Shown here one piece after another: positions 18,615 to 28,636 of a stretch of DNA of 64,000 nucleotides; within the stretch, counting starts at the first letter, position 1; every line of letters starts with the position of its first letter. The DNA is taken from the IMG/VR virus record IMGVR_UViG_3300027708_000016; one strand, 5' to 3'. A program made the position numbers and the translations under genes. Origin of the DNA: a virus. Its lineage: Duplodnaviria > Caudoviricetes. The notes beneath the pieces are model-generated. The model had not been told where the DNA came from. It did no database searches and worked only from the letters and a program-made list of their open reading frames with translations.

Positions 18615-19943
18615 ATGGCATTAAAGTTAAAGCAACAACCTAAACCGCAGATTGCAACACAAGAATTGGCAAATGATAAGATAACATATCAATACAATCC
18701 AGTTTTTACAGGCATTCCAAATGCTCCTCATGGAATGCCGCAAGGGATGCCAGTTTATTCCCATGTGCAAATGAATCCTATCAAGTTTCCGTCACCCGCG
18801 CCGCTTGAAATGCCAGAAAGTAACTTACCGAGAGCATTAAACTATTATGCGGACTATGGTGGTTGTGGTTTTTGGAGAATGATTTGGCCCGAATTCATGT
18901 TGAACCAATACCAAAAGGCTTGTATCTCTGGATTAACCTGTATGGTAATGGATATTAGATTTTATCAGGGATTAAAAGCTGTTAGAATGCAAAGACAAGC
19001 TACCCCAATGCAAAGAGACTTCATCAAGGAGCTTAAAAAAGCAAGTGCTCAGATGAATTTTAAATTAATTTATGAAGTTGATGATATCGTGTTCAAGGAT
19101 GACATTCCAGATTATAACCGATGCAAAGATGCATTCTGTGATCAAAATATTATAGACAGTATTTTGGATATCATGAGTATGATGGATGAAATTACCGTTA
19201 CATGTCCATACATGAAGCAATATTACCAAGAAAAGACGGGTAATAAGAGAATTACAGTTATTCCCAACTATCCACCAAAATTTTGGCTTGATAGATTTTA
19301 TGATAAACAAAAAATTGAAAGACTTTACGATCAAAATAAAAAAAGACCTCGTATTCTGTATTCTGGATCTGGTACTCATGTTGATATTCTTAATAGAACA
19401 GGACTTAAGGATGACTTTAAGCATGTTACTGATGCAATTATCAAGGCTCGTAAGAAATTTAAGTTTGTGTGGAAGGGATGTTTTCCTTTAGCACTCAAAC
19501 CATACATCGATAATGGCGATATGGAGTTTATTGATTGGTCACCTTTGCCAGATTACCCCCAAGGTCTTGTTGATACCAATTGTAATGCTGTTTTTGCACC
19601 ATTGATTGATAATGTGTTCAATAAATCAAAAAGTAATATTAAAATGGTTGAGGCAGGAGGATTAGGACTACCTGGCACATATCAAGACATGATTACCTAT
19701 GAAGATTCAGAGTTAAAATTTAAAACTGGTGATGATTTAATCCAACAGTTAGAGTATATCACTTCCGATTTTGATCGATACATGGATCTTTCTGGTAAAG
19801 CAAGAGCATTTACCGATAAACTTTGGTTAGATGATCATATAAATGAATACGAAGCTCTTTATTCAACTGCATGGGGGTCTCCAGAAAGAAAGAAGCTTGC
19901 TCCTAAACTCATCGAACTCAACCCAGATCAAGATAGTGCTTGA
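18615..19943 (+). CDS. Phage GT-B-type glycosyltransferase adjacent to DNA polymerase
   Basis: ADYGGCGFWRM, IYEVDD, ITVTCP, VIPNY, ILYSGS, APLIDNVFNKSKSNIKMVEAG. Confidence 0.68.
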   Translation: MALKLKQQPKPQIATQELANDKITYQYNPVFTGIPNAPHGMPQGMPVYSHVQMNPIKFPSPAPLEMPESNLPRALNYYADYGGCGFWRMIWPEFMLNQYQKACISGLTCMVMDIRFYQGLKAVRMQRQATPMQRDFIKELKKASAQMNFKLIYEVDDIVFKDDIPDYNRCKDAFCDQNIIDSILDIMSMMDEITVTCPYMKQYYQEKTGNKRITVIPNYPPKFWLDRFYDKQKIERLYDQNKKRPRILYSGSGTHVDILNRTGLKDDFKHVTDAIIKARKKFKFVWKGCFPLALKPYIDNGDMEFIDWSPLPDYPQGLVDTNCNAVFAPLIDNVFNKSKSNIKMVEAGGLGLPGTYQDMITYEDSELKFKTGDDLIQQLEYITSDFDRYMDLSGKARAFTDKLWLDDHINEYEALYSTAWGSPERKKLAPKLIELNPDQDSA

Positions 19944-19968
19944 TTTATGCACCTACATGGTGCATCAT
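19940..19968 (+). promoter_or_regulatory. sigma70-like promoter of gp43 with internal inverted repeat
   Basis: TTGATT(19940)-17 nt-CATCAT(19963-68), ATG at 19975; ATGCACC/GGTGCAT dyad 19947-19965. Confidence 0.45.
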
Positions 19969-19974
19969 TGAATA

Positions 19975-22551
19975 ATGGCTTATAGAAATGTTTATTACGA
20001 CAATAAAAATGAAGTAATACATCTTTTTACTTGGGATAAGGATGGTAAAAGGACAAAAGTGCTATGTTCATATGAACCATATCTTTATATTGAGTCTCAA
20101 AATGGTTGTGATGGCAAATCTATTTTTAATTCTGCACTAAAAAAGGTTAAATTCAATAATCAAAGAGCAAGAAACAAGTTTGTAGAGGAAACCCCGATTG
20201 AAAGACTTTTTCATAATCTTGGAACCGATCAACAGTTCCTTCTTGATAATTTTAAGAACGATGTAGACAAAGAAGATTATGGTAAACAACCATTAAAGAT
20301 CTTTTACATTGATATTGAGACATATTCTGATGGTACTGGATTCTCCAAAGCATCCGATGCTAACGATCCAATCAATTTAATTACAATTTATGATTCTCTC
20401 AGTGAAATATATTACACTTTTGGATGCAATAACTATGCAACACAAGAAGAAAATGTAAAATACATTAAATGTTATTCAGAAAAAGATCTTCTTACACAAT
20501 TTATTAGGTTTTGGAAAAAAGATTATCCTGATATTGTCACTGGGTGGAACATTGATAACTATGATATTCCATATATCATCAATAGAATTACAAAAATTTT
20601 TAATGATGAAGATAAAGCAAAGGAATTGTCACCAGTTGGTAAGTTACAATTCAGGGAAAAGGTTGCAGTTAACAAATTAGGTCAGGCAATTGATCGTTGG
20701 TACATTCATGGTGTTAGTATTTTAGATTACATGGAGGTATATCAGACCTTTTCAATGGGTGATCGTGAGAGTTTCAGCTTGAATTATATTGGTGAATATG
20801 AACTAGACGAAGGAAAGGTTGCAGTTGGTAGTTATTCGCTCTCAAGACTAGCAGATGAAGATTGGATGAAGTTTGTTGACTATAATATTCAAGACGTTCG
20901 CATTTTAATTAAGTTGGAAGAGAAGTTGAAGTATCTAAAGTTGATTCGCAACCTATCATACAGGGGATTTGTTCCCTTTACAAAGGCACTGGCAAAGGTT
21001 TCAGTCATTACGGGTGCGGTTGCACACCAAGCATTAAGAGATGGTTATATAATTCCCACATTTAAAGATGAAAGAATTAAAGTAAAGTTTGCAGGAGGGT
21101 ATGTTTACCAACCCGTGCCAGGTTTATACGATGATCTAGTAACGTATGATGCAAACAGTCTTTATCCCAATACTATTATTACTTTAAATATCTCACCAGA
21201 GACTAAAATTGGTAAAATTACAAATTTTGAAGATGATAAATTTGAAGTAACGTTTTCAAATCATAAAACAATGACGTTTACGGTGGAAAACTTTAAGAAA
21301 TTTGTTTCTGATCAACAACTTTCTATTACCAAAGCAAATATTCTTTATACTCAGAAAGTTAAAGGTGTAGTTCCCAAGCTTATCGACAAGCTTTACAACG
21401 AAAGAATTACAGCAAAGACAAAAATGATGGATGCTGAGAAGAAATTAGCCAAAACAAAAGATCAAAATCAAATAAAAATCTTAGAAGAAGAGGTTAATGA
21501 TAACTATACATTACAGAATGTGTATAAAACTCTTCTAAATTCTATTTATGGTGTATTTTCTAACATTTATTCGCCACTTTTTGACATTGAACATGCCGAA
21601 AGTGTTACTTTAACAGGTCAAAATGTTGTTAAAACGGGTGCAAAGATAGTACATGAGTATGCAGTAAGCAAAGGGTTTGAAGGAGATCTTCATGATATCT
21701 GTGTTTATTCCGATACGGACAGCGTTTATTTTTGTTTTGCTAAATTATTTGCTAAAAATAACATTATTTTAGCAAATAAAGACGGTGAAATAACATCAGA
21801 AGCATCAGAAATGATCAAAGATATTGGAAAACATCTTAATGAAAAGATTAATGAATGGGCAAAACAAGAATTGAAGACGATTGATCCAAGATATTTCTTT
21901 AAAAGGGAAAAAATTTGTGACGTTGCTCTTTTACAAGCAAAAAAATATTATATTCTTCATATTTTAGATAATGAAGGTATTTCAACTAATGAATTTCTAT
22001 ATACTGGAATTGAAGTTGCCACTTCAAAAATCTCAAAGGAGATTAAGGTATTAATTAAATCAATTGTGGAGTCTGCTATTCTATCAAAAGACAGAAAGAA
22101 AGCCAATCAACTATTTCAAAATGGATATGAAGATTTTTGTAGTTTTCCCGTCGATGCGATTGCAATTAGAAAGAGAGTAAACAAATTAAAGGAGTATCAA
22201 GACAAAGTTAAAGATGAACAAGTTGCAAAGGGTACGCAGGGTCACACCAAAGCTGCAATTTACTTTAATATACTACTCAAGAAATTAAATCTTACCAACA
22301 AGTATCATCCAATTCAAACTGGAACTAAATTAAAGGTATTTTATTGCAAGAAGAATAAATTTGGTTATGACGTTTTTGCATTTACCGATGAATTACCAGT
22401 TGAAATTCAAAAATATATTAAACCAGATTACAAAATGATGTTTGAAAAAACTGTCATGCCAGTTGTTACTAAGATTTTTAACATCATTGGGTGGCCCACG
22501 CCTGAGATCGGTTGCGAAGAACATACTGATTTAATTGCATTATTATCATGA
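19975..22551 (+). CDS. gp43: Family B DNA polymerase (T4 gp43-like)
   Basis: Exo motifs YIDIET, GWNIDNYDIPY, DYNIQDV; Pol motifs YDANSLYP, KTLLNSIYG, YSDTDS, KKYY. Confidence 0.95.
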   Translation: MAYRNVYYDNKNEVIHLFTWDKDGKRTKVLCSYEPYLYIESQNGCDGKSIFNSALKKVKFNNQRARNKFVEETPIERLFHNLGTDQQFLLDNFKNDVDKEDYGKQPLKIFYIDIETYSDGTGFSKASDANDPINLITIYDSLSEIYYTFGCNNYATQEENVKYIKCYSEKDLLTQFIRFWKKDYPDIVTGWNIDNYDIPYIINRITKIFNDEDKAKELSPVGKLQFREKVAVNKLGQAIDRWYIHGVSILDYMEVYQTFSMGDRESFSLNYIGEYELDEGKVAVGSYSLSRLADEDWMKFVDYNIQDVRILIKLEEKLKYLKLIRNLSYRGFVPFTKALAKVSVITGAVAHQALRDGYIIPTFKDERIKVKFAGGYVYQPVPGLYDDLVTYDANSLYPNTIITLNISPETKIGKITNFEDDKFEVTFSNHKTMTFTVENFKKFVSDQQLSITKANILYTQKVKGVVPKLIDKLYNERITAKTKMMDAEKKLAKTKDQNQIKILEEEVNDNYTLQNVYKTLLNSIYGVFSNIYSPLFDIEHAESVTLTGQNVVKTGAKIVHEYAVSKGFEGDLHDICVYSDTDSVYFCFAKLFAKNNIILANKDGEITSEASEMIKDIGKHLNEKINEWAKQELKTIDPRYFFKREKICDVALLQAKKYYILHILDNEGISTNEFLYTGIEVATSKISKEIKVLIKSIVESAILSKDRKKANQLFQNGYEDFCSFPVDAIAIRKRVNKLKEYQDKVKDEQVAKGTQGHTKAAIYFNILLKKLNLTNKYHPIQTGTKLKVFYCKKNKFGYDVFAFTDELPVEIQKYIKPDYKMMFEKTVMPVVTKIFNIIGWPTPEIGCEEHTDLIALLS

Positions 22552-22577
22552 AAAAGTTTCCAAATATATCAAAAGCA

Positions 22578-23003
22578 CTAGGATGGGATATCTCTTAAAC
22601 GACCTTTAATAAACTTTTTAAGTGTTTTTGGTTTATCTGGATCATACGGGGGCATTCCTAAATCTTTTCTTAATTTAGCAAACGGATCTTCATTCATTTC
22701 TAAAGTTTTATTTCCATCATCGAAAGTTTGTAAGTGTTTATTTGCAATCTTGGGGTCTAATTCGTTTATAAGTTTATCAAAAAAAGAAATCATTGCTATC
22801 TCGGCATCCTTTTCTGTTATAAAATCATACCCTGATACATATATTTCATCTTTGTCAGAATATTTTATTTTATATTCAACTCTATAGGCAATAAACGATT
22901 TTGATTCATATGTATCACCATCAAAACTAGTTATATTCTTACTGTCAAATGTCGGTGGATTATATAAAATCAAATCTCTATAAGTTTTTTGATATTCTTT
23001 CAT
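22578..23003 (-). CDS. Hypothetical protein
   Basis: 141 aa ORF filling the gap; TAAATA motif 9 nt upstream on the minus strand. Confidence 0.55.
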   Translation of the reverse strand: MKEYQKTYRDLILYNPPTFDSKNITSFDGDTYESKSFIAYRVEYKIKYSDKDEIYVSGYDFITEKDAEIAMISFFDKLINELDPKIANKHLQTFDDGNKTLEMNEDPFAKLRKDLGMPPYDPDKPKTLKKFIKGRLRDIPS

Positions 23004-23058
23004 TATTTTTAATATTTACCCCCTTGCATAATTAATAAGCACTTCTAAATCTTATTAT

Positions 23059-23439
23059 ATGACAACAACAACAGACAAAACAAAACTAACCATAATCCTA
23101 GATTCAGTTGGTCGCACCATTCTTGGTGAGACTGTTGAGGCTACGGATACAACGAAAACCGTAATCAAGAACCCAGTAGTTCTTCACGTAATCCCAGCAG
23201 ACAATCAAGGTAAGATGTCCGTTCAGTTACTACCAATCTTTTTTAGGGAGTTTCTCGCTGATAAGACAGGTGATGTTAACATCACTTATGATAATTCAAG
23301 GATTAGTGTCACCGATATTGATGCTCTTGATTTCCGTCTTCAGGCTCAGTATCTTCAGATGTTTAATCAGAACAATGCTTTTGTTCCTCCAACACCGCAG
23401 CAGGATTCAAGTTCAGTAATTAATCTTTTTGATGAGTAA
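23059..23439 (+). CDS. Hypothetical protein
   Basis: 126 aa ORF with codon usage resembling the core genes, followed by a terminator. Confidence 0.65.
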   Translation: MTTTTDKTKLTIILDSVGRTILGETVEATDTTKTVIKNPVVLHVIPADNQGKMSVQLLPIFFREFLADKTGDVNITYDNSRISVTDIDALDFRLQAQYLQMFNQNNAFVPPTPQQDSSSVINLFDE

Positions 23440-23468
23440 TTCGTAATCTGATCAAAGAAACCAGTAGG

Positions 23469-23506
23469 AAACCCAGAATGTTTTTGACATTCTGGGTTTT
23501 TCTGTT
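23469..23506 (+). terminator. Rho-independent terminator overlapping the uvsX promoter
   Basis: 13-bp perfect stem AAACCCAGAATGT(23469-81)/ACATTCTGGGTTT(23487-99) followed by T-rich tail; TTGACA at 23484, TAATAT at 23506. Confidence 0.7.
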
Positions 23507-23518
23507 AATATAGGATAT

Positions 23519-24637
23519 ATGGCTAAAAAGAAAATCGAAGAAATAGATGAAGTTAAAAACGGTAATGTAGAAGATGCATTTAAAGTGCTTTCTGACCTTA
23601 ACCCAGAAGCAGCATTCTTGGATGATGGCAGTCTTTCAAGCGTGAATGAATGGATTGATACAGGATCATACGCTTTAAATGCTATTATATCTGGTTCGCT
23701 TTATGGTGGAGTACCAATGGGAAGACTTACAGGCTTTATTGGACCTGAATCATGTGGTAAAACACTTATGTGTAACAAAGTTATGGCTAATGCACAGAAA
23801 AAAGATATGCATATTGCATATTTTGACACAGAGGGTGCATTGGATGAGAATACAGCAAAGAGACTTGGGTGTGATACATCAAAAATTAAACATGTTCCTA
23901 GTGAAGTGACTGAAAATTGCAGAAATCAAATTGTAAAGTTCCTTGATACGGTTATTGAAAAGGGTTTACACGGTAAAGTACTTCTTGTTATCGATTCTTT
24001 GGGTAATTTAATCACCGCACAAGAGAAAAAGAAGATTGACGAGGGTTCTGACACTCCAGACATGGGAAATCGTGCAAAATCCCTTAAATCAATGATGAGA
24101 GCAATCACACATTCTGCCGCAAAAGCAAATTGTCCTGTGATTTTTACCAATCATATTTATGATGATCCTTCACAACTCCATCCTAGTGCAATTAAGAAGC
24201 AAGCAGGTGGCTCTGGACCCCTTTATATGGCATCTGTAATTGTTCAAATGGCAAAAAAAGCCGAAAGATCGGAAGATAGTAAGAATAAAGATTCAAATGT
24301 AGAAACAACTTTGCTATCAAAGGGTATTAATGGTTTAACATTAAGAGCATTGACCACAAAAAATCGATTTGTTACTCCATTTTTAGAAATTGAGATGTAT
24401 TTGAACTTTAGAACTGGATTAAACAAATATTCTGGTCTTGTTGAAATGGCAGAAGGTTACGGAGTTATTGAAAAAAATGGTCATAGATACGTTTTTAATG
24501 GTGAAAATCTCGGTTTCTTCAAAGAATGGAAAGATGATGAAGCAGTTTGGAATAAAATTCTTCCAAAATTAGAAGAAAAACTTCAAATTGGTCTATCATT
24601 TAAAAATGATTCTGGACAATCTTTAACATTGGAGTAA
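23519..24637 (+). CDS. uvsX: RecA-like recombinase (UvsX)
   Basis: IDTGSYALNAIISG, Walker A GPESCGKT, YFDTEGA, VIDSLG, DMGNRAK, FTNH, GGSG, KNRF. Confidence 0.92.
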   Translation: MAKKKIEEIDEVKNGNVEDAFKVLSDLNPEAAFLDDGSLSSVNEWIDTGSYALNAIISGSLYGGVPMGRLTGFIGPESCGKTLMCNKVMANAQKKDMHIAYFDTEGALDENTAKRLGCDTSKIKHVPSEVTENCRNQIVKFLDTVIEKGLHGKVLLVIDSLGNLITAQEKKKIDEGSDTPDMGNRAKSLKSMMRAITHSAAKANCPVIFTNHIYDDPSQLHPSAIKKQAGGSGPLYMASVIVQMAKKAERSEDSKNKDSNVETTLLSKGINGLTLRALTTKNRFVTPFLEIEMYLNFRTGLNKYSGLVEMAEGYGVIEKNGHRYVFNGENLGFFKEWKDDEAVWNKILPKLEEKLQIGLSFKNDSGQSLTLE

Positions 24638-24646
24638 ATTTATTAT

Positions 24647-24883
24647 ATGATTAATACGACAACAAAAGAAATTATTAGTGGAACAGAAGAAGAACTACTT
24701 GAATACTTCACGAAGAAGTACGACTTAGTTAAAAATGATTCTAATACCGCTCAAACAACCGAAGTAACCGAAACAACTCCTACACAATCTACTTGTTGTG
24801 CAAATAAAGGTGTTCAGGTTGGTAATAAAGTTACTACGGGTATTGGTAATTTGTTCGCAGGGACAACTTGGGGAAACAAATGA
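24647..24883 (+). CDS. Hypothetical protein
   Basis: 78 aa ORF between uvsX and helicase; Thr-rich. Confidence 0.5.
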   Translation: MINTTTKEIISGTEEELLEYFTKKYDLVKNDSNTAQTTEVTETTPTQSTCCANKGVQVGNKVTTGIGNLFAGTTWGNK

Positions 24884-24891
24884 TTTATGAG

Positions 24892-24920
24892 TTGCTTTTG
24901 TGTGAGAAGCAACTTATAAT
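24892..24920 (+). promoter_or_regulatory. sigma70-like promoter of gp41 with inverted repeat
   Basis: TTGCTT(24892)-17 nt-TATAAT(24915-20), ATG at 24927; AGTTGCTT/AAGCAACT dyad 24890-24914. Confidence 0.55.
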
Positions 24921-24926
24921 AGTTTA

Positions 24927-26324
24927 ATGGATAAAAAACAGCTTCCTTTAGATTTAGTTGAGTATGAAAAGATAATCATATTCAACTCAATCATGGATCA
25001 ATCGTACTTGGAAACGATTTTTGATCACGCAAAACCTTCTTTTTTTAAGGATAAGGATATCAAAACAATATTTAATATTGTAAATTCTTATTACGAAGAG
25101 CATAATGCAGTACCAAATATAACAGAGATCAAAGCGCATTTGGTTTCCGAAGAAGATAAACAATCATTGAAGAGAGTTTTGTTGTCTTTTGATAAAATTG
25201 ATAAGACATATGATAAAGAAGTTTTGATAAAAAATACAGAAAGGTGGTTAAAACAGAAGGCAATTTTAAATACCTATTTTAATACTTCGGTAGATGTTCA
25301 AAGTGGCGATATCGACAGCGAAAATATTCTTAAAAAGTTTGAAGAAGCCTGTAACATTTCTTTGATAGATAATCTTGGGTTGGATTACTTGGAGAGTATT
25401 GATGAACATGTTGATGAGCTTCTAAAAACAGAAGAAAGAATCTCAACAGGGTGGAAATGGCTCGACAAAAACATTGGAGGTGGCTTTCTTAAAGATGGTA
25501 GAGCACTTTATGTTTTCTACGGATCAACAAACGTTGGTAAATCCATCTTCTTAGGTAATATTGCAACCAATATTCTTAATCAAAACAAAACAGTTGTTCT
25601 TATAACATTGGAAATGCCAGAGCATGTTTATGCAAAAAGAATAAGTGCATCCTTATCAAGGATTCCTTCCAATGATTTGAAACTACAAATTGAACCATTA
25701 AGGAATAAACTTAATCAGTATAAGGTTAAGAACAGTGATAGTAAATTAATCATCAAAGAATTTCCAACCAAAGGCATTACGGTTTTGGGTATTAAAACTT
25801 ATATTGAGAAACTTATTAAAAATGGTGTTAAACCCGATGCAATCATTTTGGATTATTTGAATTTGATTGCACCCAACACTGCCAATAAGAATTCTTATGA
25901 CACTATTAAGGAAATAACCGAATATGTCAGAGCATTAACTTATAAGTTTGAATGTCCAATCATTACAGCAACACAAACCAATCGATCTGGTTACAAAAAC
26001 GAGATGCCAGACTTAGAAACAACCAGTGAATCTATGGGATTAGCTCATACTGCTGATGCACAGTTCCCAATTTGGGTTGATGAAAAGGATTTTGAGCTTG
26101 GTATTATCCATTTGGGTATTGCTAAAAATCGATTTGGTGGAAGAGGTATTCATACACAATTAAAAATTGATTATCCAACTTTATCAATTACCGAACTTGA
26201 TGAAGTAGTGTTTAACTACACATTAAAGGGATCTGCACCCAAGAATTTAAATACAGATTCCAATCCAAGTATAACAGATATATTAAATAGTGCACAAAAT
26301 TATTCAAACGATGATGACATTTAA
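24927..26324 (+). CDS. gp41: Replicative DnaB-like helicase (gp41)
   Basis: ISTGWKWLD, Walker A GSTNVGKS, ITLEM, IIKEFPT, IILDYLNL, TATQTNRSG, SESMG, KNRFG. Confidence 0.92.
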   Translation: MDKKQLPLDLVEYEKIIIFNSIMDQSYLETIFDHAKPSFFKDKDIKTIFNIVNSYYEEHNAVPNITEIKAHLVSEEDKQSLKRVLLSFDKIDKTYDKEVLIKNTERWLKQKAILNTYFNTSVDVQSGDIDSENILKKFEEACNISLIDNLGLDYLESIDEHVDELLKTEERISTGWKWLDKNIGGGFLKDGRALYVFYGSTNVGKSIFLGNIATNILNQNKTVVLITLEMPEHVYAKRISASLSRIPSNDLKLQIEPLRNKLNQYKVKNSDSKLIIKEFPTKGITVLGIKTYIEKLIKNGVKPDAIILDYLNLIAPNTANKNSYDTIKEITEYVRALTYKFECPIITATQTNRSGYKNEMPDLETTSESMGLAHTADAQFPIWVDEKDFELGIIHLGIAKNRFGGRGIHTQLKIDYPTLSITELDEVVFNYTLKGSAPKNLNTDSNPSITDILNSAQNYSNDDDI

Positions 26325-26333
26325 CGGTTTATG

Positions 26334-26341
26334 TATAAATA
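26334..26341 (+). promoter_or_regulatory. T4 late promoter consensus TATAAATA
   Basis: Exact TATAAATA, 6 nt before ATG 26348. Confidence 0.6.
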
Positions 26342-26347
26342 AACTTA

Positions 26348-26650
26348 ATGATTATAACATCATCACAACAATTTGATAATTTAAGTAACCCGTATGACGC
26401 ACTAAACATAGAAGAATTTGAAAGTATTACTTTAAAATTTGGATCATTTGTTTGTATATCAAAAGGTAAAAAAATGAACTATTTAAACTTTTTAAAATAT
26501 TTAGTAGACGATAAAAAAACCCAAAAAATATATTTTGCATTATTGGGAGAATATTCTTTACAAAATATTATAAAGGCTTATCTTGGATCTACGCCAAATG
26601 TCTATAAAAAGATATTCAGATCCAAATTAAACCGAAAAAAAGATGCTTAG
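26348..26650 (+). CDS. Hypothetical protein
   Basis: 100 aa ORF preceded by the late-promoter consensus. Confidence 0.6.
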   Translation: MIITSSQQFDNLSNPYDALNIEEFESITLKFGSFVCISKGKKMNYLNFLKYLVDDKKTQKIYFALLGEYSLQNIIKAYLGSTPNVYKKIFRSKLNRKKDA

Positions 26651-27290
26651 TCTATCAGATAAAGAAAAACAAATTTACAATTGCTATTTAAAATATTCTA
26701 GAAAGGGGCAACCATACACTCCTAGAAAGAATTTTTCCGATATCGATGCCAATACTTTTACGAATTTAAAAAAGATATCTTTAATTCTTTCTAAATTTAA
26801 TCATATAAGGATTGATGATTACTTTAAAGCTCCTTATATTCTTCATCCAGAAGATGCTTATCCTTCTTTAGTTTCTTTTACCACACTTTCTGCTACGAGA
26901 AATTATTCCTTGTTTAAAAAACAACAAGAAGACGAAGATCCAGAAAAGCAATTTGATAGTATCAAGGAAAGCTTTAGGTTCATAACAATGTTTTGTTTGG
27001 AGAATAAAATTCCATTGGAAAAATACTTGAGTCACAAGACAGGTTACATGACATCTTGGTTAAATCATTACAGAGAGCATAGAATCAATCCTTATGGGTT
27101 AATGGAGATGGATGGTATATTTGACAGCTTATCTTCTTTTCAAAAAGATGAGATTGAGTTATTTGCCAAAAACTTAAATGAAAAATTTGTTGCTTATAAA
27201 TCAAGATATATCTCATCAACCCCAACAAGGACTCTAGTGAAAGAGGCAACAAACAAAATTAAGAATTTTATTAAAAATAACTTGCAATAA
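26643..27290 (+). CDS. Hypothetical protein (position of gp59 helicase loader in T4-like genomes)
   Basis: 215 aa helical-looking ORF directly upstream of gp32; function assigned by synteny only. Confidence 0.4.
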   Translation: MLSLSDKEKQIYNCYLKYSRKGQPYTPRKNFSDIDANTFTNLKKISLILSKFNHIRIDDYFKAPYILHPEDAYPSLVSFTTLSATRNYSLFKKQQEDEDPEKQFDSIKESFRFITMFCLENKIPLEKYLSHKTGYMTSWLNHYREHRINPYGLMEMDGIFDSLSSFQKDEIELFAKNLNEKFVAYKSRYISSTPTRTLVKEATNKIKNFIKNNLQ

Positions 27291-27320
27291 ACAAAAACGC
27301 TGCTAAGATAGATTATAGAT

Positions 27321-28172
27321 ATGACAACTAAATACAACTCAAATATATTCGACTCACTCAAGGATGCGCTTTCCACAAAGGACGTATCAGAAAACAGTTT
27401 TAGGGACTTCTTGAAGATGGAGCCAGACAAGACCTACATTGTTCGCTTGCTTCCAAATCTTGCTGATGGTAAGAGGACTCGCTTCCATTATTACCAGCAC
27501 GTATTCCCATCTCTTCTTTCACAGAAGAAGGTTTCCTGCCTCTGCCCTCACACGTATGGTGAGAAATGCCCAATTGATGAGTATCGTAGCAAGGTTTATG
27601 CTGCAAAGAATGATACTCTTATTGATCAGTCTCGTCCCTTAAAAAGGTCTGAGAAGTGGCTTTACAATGCTTTGGTTATCAAAGACCCAAGCAATCCAGA
27701 GAACGAGGGTCAGGTAAAGATCATCAATGCTGGTATCCAGCTTAACAAGATCATCCAGAATGCCATTGATGGTGATGATAAGGATGAGTTTGGTTTCAGA
27801 ATCTTTGATCTCTCTCCAAATGGTTGCAATCTTCGTATCAAGGTTGAGACCAATGATGGTGGGTATCCAACGTATGTTTCTTCAAGGTTTGTTTCACCAA
27901 GTCCTGTTGAGGGTCTTGATGATGCTGATGAGATTTACAATCAGGTTAAGAGTCTTGATACTATCTTTCAACAGAAGTCGTATGAGGAGATCAAGAACCT
28001 CCTTGATTCTCATTTCTTTGGCAAGGAAGTTTCTTCGACTCCAACCCAGATTGGTGACACCGAAGAAGATGATGACAAGACATTTGAGGATGTAAAACCA
28101 GATGTTGAAAAACCAACACCAGTTCTTTCTGAACAGGAGAAGAAGGTTCAGGATATCCTCAAAGATCTCTAA
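27321..28172 (+). CDS. gp32: Single-stranded DNA-binding protein (gp32)
   Basis: IVRLLP, HYYQH, CLCPHTYGEKCPI (Zn site), VIKDPSNPENEGQVKI, FDL..G.NLRIK, Y..S.F, acidic tail ending DILKDL. Confidence 0.9.
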   Translation: MTTKYNSNIFDSLKDALSTKDVSENSFRDFLKMEPDKTYIVRLLPNLADGKRTRFHYYQHVFPSLLSQKKVSCLCPHTYGEKCPIDEYRSKVYAAKNDTLIDQSRPLKRSEKWLYNALVIKDPSNPENEGQVKIINAGIQLNKIIQNAIDGDDKDEFGFRIFDLSPNGCNLRIKVETNDGGYPTYVSSRFVSPSPVEGLDDADEIYNQVKSLDTIFQQKSYEEIKNLLDSHFFGKEVSSTPTQIGDTEEDDDKTFEDVKPDVEKPTPVLSEQEKKVQDILKDL

Positions 28173-28174
28173 GA

Positions 28175-28636
28175 ATGAATCGCCAACAAGAGGAAGCGTT
28201 AGAAGCAGCAAAACTTGCTGCTATGGTTGGGTCTCATCTTAGAACAATGGATCAGATGACCGTAGAAAGTTCAGATGTACCAGCTAATCGTATTGATTTA
28301 AATAAATTTATCAATAATGTTAGACAGCACGATCCAAGAAGAAACAATGCACCTAGACAAAATTTTGGATATAGAAATGTATCTAGTCCATACCCATCCG
28401 AAGATCAAGTTAGAGCAATGATTCCAGATGCACCGTCATTTGTTCCACCTCAACCTTCATTTGAAGACATAGCGGCGCAAATGATTCCGTTACCTTCTGC
28501 TCCATTGCCGCAGAATACACCGATTTCAAACGAATCACTAACAAATATTGAAAAAAATGTAGAAAGGATTGGTAATACTTTGGAAACTCTGTTAGAATTA
28601 GTTAATAAAATAACAATTCAACAAAGTGAGCAATAA
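28175..28636 (+). CDS. Hypothetical protein (Pro-rich middle, coiled-coil C-terminus)
   Basis: 153 aa ORF between gp32 and the clamp. Confidence 0.6.
   Translation: MNRQQEEALEAAKLAAMVGSHLRTMDQMTVESSDVPANRIDLNKFINNVRQHDPRRNNAPRQNFGYRNVSSPYPSEDQVRAMIPDAPSFVPPQPSFEDIAAQMIPLPSAPLPQNTPISNESLTNIEKNVERIGNTLETLLELVNKITIQQSEQ

Noticed and set aside
19975-22551. Intein or intron in DNA polymerase (also checked terminase, helicase and nrdA)
   Set aside because: Lengths are normal and motifs contiguous; no C...HN intein ends or LAGLIDADG segments seen
26643-27290. Firm gp59 helicase-loader call
   Set aside because: Only synteny supports it; I could not match gp59 sequence motifs
27400-28211. Long alternative-frame ORFs overlapping gp32 (also over the 55382 gene and the sheath)
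   Set aside because: Explained by biased codon usage of the real gene; no recognisable motifs or start signals
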